Assembly: GCA_963843145.1 (NCBI GenBank)
Contig: CAWJJC010000002.1
Location: 32,001 to 96,000 of the forward strand
Direction of reading: 5' to 3'
Origin: an uncultured delta proteobacterium
GTDB lineage: Bacteria; Desulfobacterota; RBG-13-43-22
Length of the DNA stretch: 64,000 nucleotides
Shown one piece after another: positions 61,837-64,000 of this stretch. Numbering within the stretch: position 1 is the stretch's first letter; each line of letters opens with the position of its first letter. The position numbers were made by a program, and so were the translations under genes. A model generated the notes under the pieces. That model saw only the letters and a list, made by a program, of their open reading frames with translations, had not been told where the DNA came from and searched no databases.

Positions 61837-63804
61837 GTGCTGAGGGGAAGCGGTCCGAACAAGCGCCGGGGAGGCCTCCTGGGGTTGGCCTTTTTACTGC
61901 TGTTCCTGCTCCCGGGCTGCGGGAATAATCCCTATCCTCCGGAAGGCCGAGCCTTAATCGGCTACGCCGCGCTGGGGGAGGATCCCCGGACCCTCGATCC
62001 GGCGCAGGTTTCCGACACCACCTCCGCCGAGATCCTCTGTCAGATTTACGACTCCCTTTACCAGAACGCCTACCTCGACCGGCCTTACAAAGTCGTTCCC
62101 GCGCTGGCGGCCGCTTATCCGCAGTCGCGCGTTTATTACGAGGATCTGTCCGAGAAAGGAGAGAAAGTCCGGAAGGCCCGCATGGAATATATCTTCACGC
62201 TGCGGAACGACATTTTTTTCCAGGATGATCCCTGCTTCCCCGGGGGGAAAGGCCGTCGCGTTACCGCCCAGGATGTGATCTATTCGATAAAAAGGCTGGC
62301 CGATCCCGCGGTCCAGGCCACCGGCTACTGGCTCGTGGCGGGCAAGATCAAGGGGCTCGACGATTTTTTTAACCGGGCGGCCGCGGCGGGAAAGGCGGAT
62401 TACTCCCGGGAGATCGAGGGACTCCAGGCCCTCGACGACCACCGATTGAAAATCATCCTGACTGAACCCTATCCGGCCTTTATTTACATGATGAGCATGC
62501 CCTACACGGCACCCGTGGCCCGGGAGGCCGTGGTCTATTACAACGCGTCCGGACGGGGAGGGTTTTCCCGGCATCCGGTCGGGACCGGCGCCTTCCGGCT
62601 CAAGGCTTGGGAAAGGCAGCACCGGATAGTCCTGGAAAAAAGTGCCAGCTTCCGGAAGGAAACCTATCCCTTGACCGGCGCCCCTGGGGACCGGGAGAAA
62701 GGACTCCTGGCCGACGCCGGCAAACCGCTTCCTTTTCTGGACGAGGTCTGGTACACCATCATTTCGGCGGGGCAACCGGTCTGGCTTCTTTTCCTTCAAG
62801 GGTATCTCGATGCCTCCGGGATCCCTCAGGAGCAGTTCGAGAAGGTCGTCACCAAAAACCTGGAGCTTTCAAACCAATTCATCCAAAAGGGGATCTCGCT
62901 GGAGATTTCCAGTGAACTGTCCATCTTTTATCTGGCTTTTAATATGCGTGACCCGATCTTAGGCAAGAATAAGTACCTGCGACAGGCCCTATCCCTGGCC
63001 TATGATACCGACCTCTACAACCAGATCTTTTTGAACGGACGGGCGATCAACGCCCAAGGTCCTTTGCCCCCGGGGATCTTCGGCTATGATCCGAATTTAA
63101 AGAACCCCTACAAAACCCATGATCTGGTCCGGGCCCGGGAGCTTTTGGCCCGGGCCGGCTACCCCGGGGGAATTGATCCCAAAACGGGAAAACCCCTGGA
63201 ACTGGTTTATGATATCGGTTCCGAATCCACCCGAGCCCGCGAGGTGGCCAGTTTTGACCTGCGCTGCTTCGAACAGCTTGGCCTGAAGATGAAGCTCCAG
63301 GTAAATACCTGGTCCCAGCAACTGGAAAGGAGCCACAAGGGGACCTTCCAGATGTTTTCCCTGGGCTGGAACGCCGATTATCCCGACCCGGAGAATTTTC
63401 TGCAATTGCTCTATGGGCCCAATGCCCCTCCCAACCCGAACAGTTCCGCCTTTGCCAATCCGGAATATGACCGGCTTTATGAAAAGATGAAGACCATGGA
63501 AGACACCCCGGAGCGGGAGTCGCTGATTCGGCGGATGGTGGCGATCGTCATTGAGGAATGTCCCTGGATATTCAATATTCATTCCCCTGCCTATGTGCTG
63601 CGCCACGATTGGGTGAAGAACGGCAAGTCCCACAGCATCTCCGGCAATTATCGGAAGTATGTGCGGATCGATCCGGAACGGCGGCGGGCCTACCGGGAGG
63701 CCGAGAACCGGCCTAACCTGGCTATTCTGGTTTATGCGGGGCTTCTCCTGCTGGCCCTCGTCACCCCGGCACTGGTGATCACCTATCGCCGAAGGAGAAG
63801 GTAG
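61837..63804 (+). CDS. ABC transporter family 5 (oligopeptide) substrate-binding lipoprotein; start approximate
   Basis: LLPGC lipobox, TLDPA, PVGTGAF, LRQAL, WNADYPDPENF; extra C-terminal TM helix. Confidence 0.9.
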   Translation: MLRGSGPNKRRGGLLGLAFLLLFLLPGCGNNPYPPEGRALIGYAALGEDPRTLDPAQVSDTTSAEILCQIYDSLYQNAYLDRPYKVVPALAAAYPQSRVYYEDLSEKGEKVRKARMEYIFTLRNDIFFQDDPCFPGGKGRRVTAQDVIYSIKRLADPAVQATGYWLVAGKIKGLDDFFNRAAAAGKADYSREIEGLQALDDHRLKIILTEPYPAFIYMMSMPYTAPVAREAVVYYNASGRGGFSRHPVGTGAFRLKAWERQHRIVLEKSASFRKETYPLTGAPGDREKGLLADAGKPLPFLDEVWYTIISAGQPVWLLFLQGYLDASGIPQEQFEKVVTKNLELSNQFIQKGISLEISSELSIFYLAFNMRDPILGKNKYLRQALSLAYDTDLYNQIFLNGRAINAQGPLPPGIFGYDPNLKNPYKTHDLVRARELLARAGYPGGIDPKTGKPLELVYDIGSESTRAREVASFDLRCFEQLGLKMKLQVNTWSQQLERSHKGTFQMFSLGWNADYPDPENFLQLLYGPNAPPNPNSSAFANPEYDRLYEKMKTMEDTPERESLIRRMVAIVIEECPWIFNIHSPAYVLRHDWVKNGKSHSISGNYRKYVRIDPERRRAYREAENRPNLAILVYAGLLLLALVTPALVITYRRRRR

Positions 63805-63805
63805 C

Positions 63806-64000
63806 TTGCTGAACTATTTGATACGTCGTCTGCTCCTGGCCATCCCCACCGTGATCGGGGTCTGTCTGGTGACCTTTCTGCTTTTCAATGTTTTTGCCTC
63901 GCCTGAGGCCATCGCCCGAAAACAGCTCGGGAAAAACCCGACCGAGAAGCAGGTCAAAGCCTGGGTCACGGCCCACGGTATGGATAAGCCCGTTTTTTTC
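63806..64000 (+). CDS. ABC transporter permease (OppB-like), 3'-partial
   Basis: MLNYLIRRLLLAIPTVIGVCLVTF..HGMDKP. Confidence 0.8.
   Translation, partial: MLNYLIRRLLLAIPTVIGVCLVTFLLFNVFASPEAIARKQLGKNPTEKQVKAWVTAHGMDKPVFF

Overview
This 64-kb window looks like a GC-rich anaerobic deltaproteobacterial (Desulfobacterota-like) chromosome, inferred from gene order and content. Scattered single-base frameshifts suggest a long-read assembly. (1) 1-10.8 kb: end of a sigma-54 activator and its sigma-54-driven envelope module, a CDF transporter, then aminotransferase-hom-apgM-thioesterase. (2) 10.8-30 kb is an accessory hotspot. It holds three tandem, mostly synonymously diverged copies of the thioesterase 3' end, toxin-antitoxin debris, an integron-cassette-like lipoprotein gene, and a frameshifted McrB/DUF2357 restriction pair. 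It also holds a displaced 5' copy of a molybdoenzyme gene, IS91 and IS200 remnants, and two DmsA-like subunits plus DmsB. A 3.3-kb A-skewed block hides two degraded group II intron RTs inside a hemerythrin gene. (3) 30-64 kb is core genome: fabH, xerC-hslVU-argBDFGH-lysA-dapF-(no dapA)-dapB-FAH-dapL-folK-fsa-slt-pgsA, tRNA-Gly/Cys, coaBC, udg, nfeD/slipin, larA-like, mdh, mutM, trmJ, a candidate structured ncRNA and a peptide ABC transporter. Many gene junctions carry small palindromic elements from several families: REP-like hairpins, inverted arms of 6-7-mer repeats (one enclosing a four-helix-bundle gene), and a ~50-bp ATTTTCAT...ATGAAAAT element that overlaps start codons. All calls come from reading the sequence; no searches were run.
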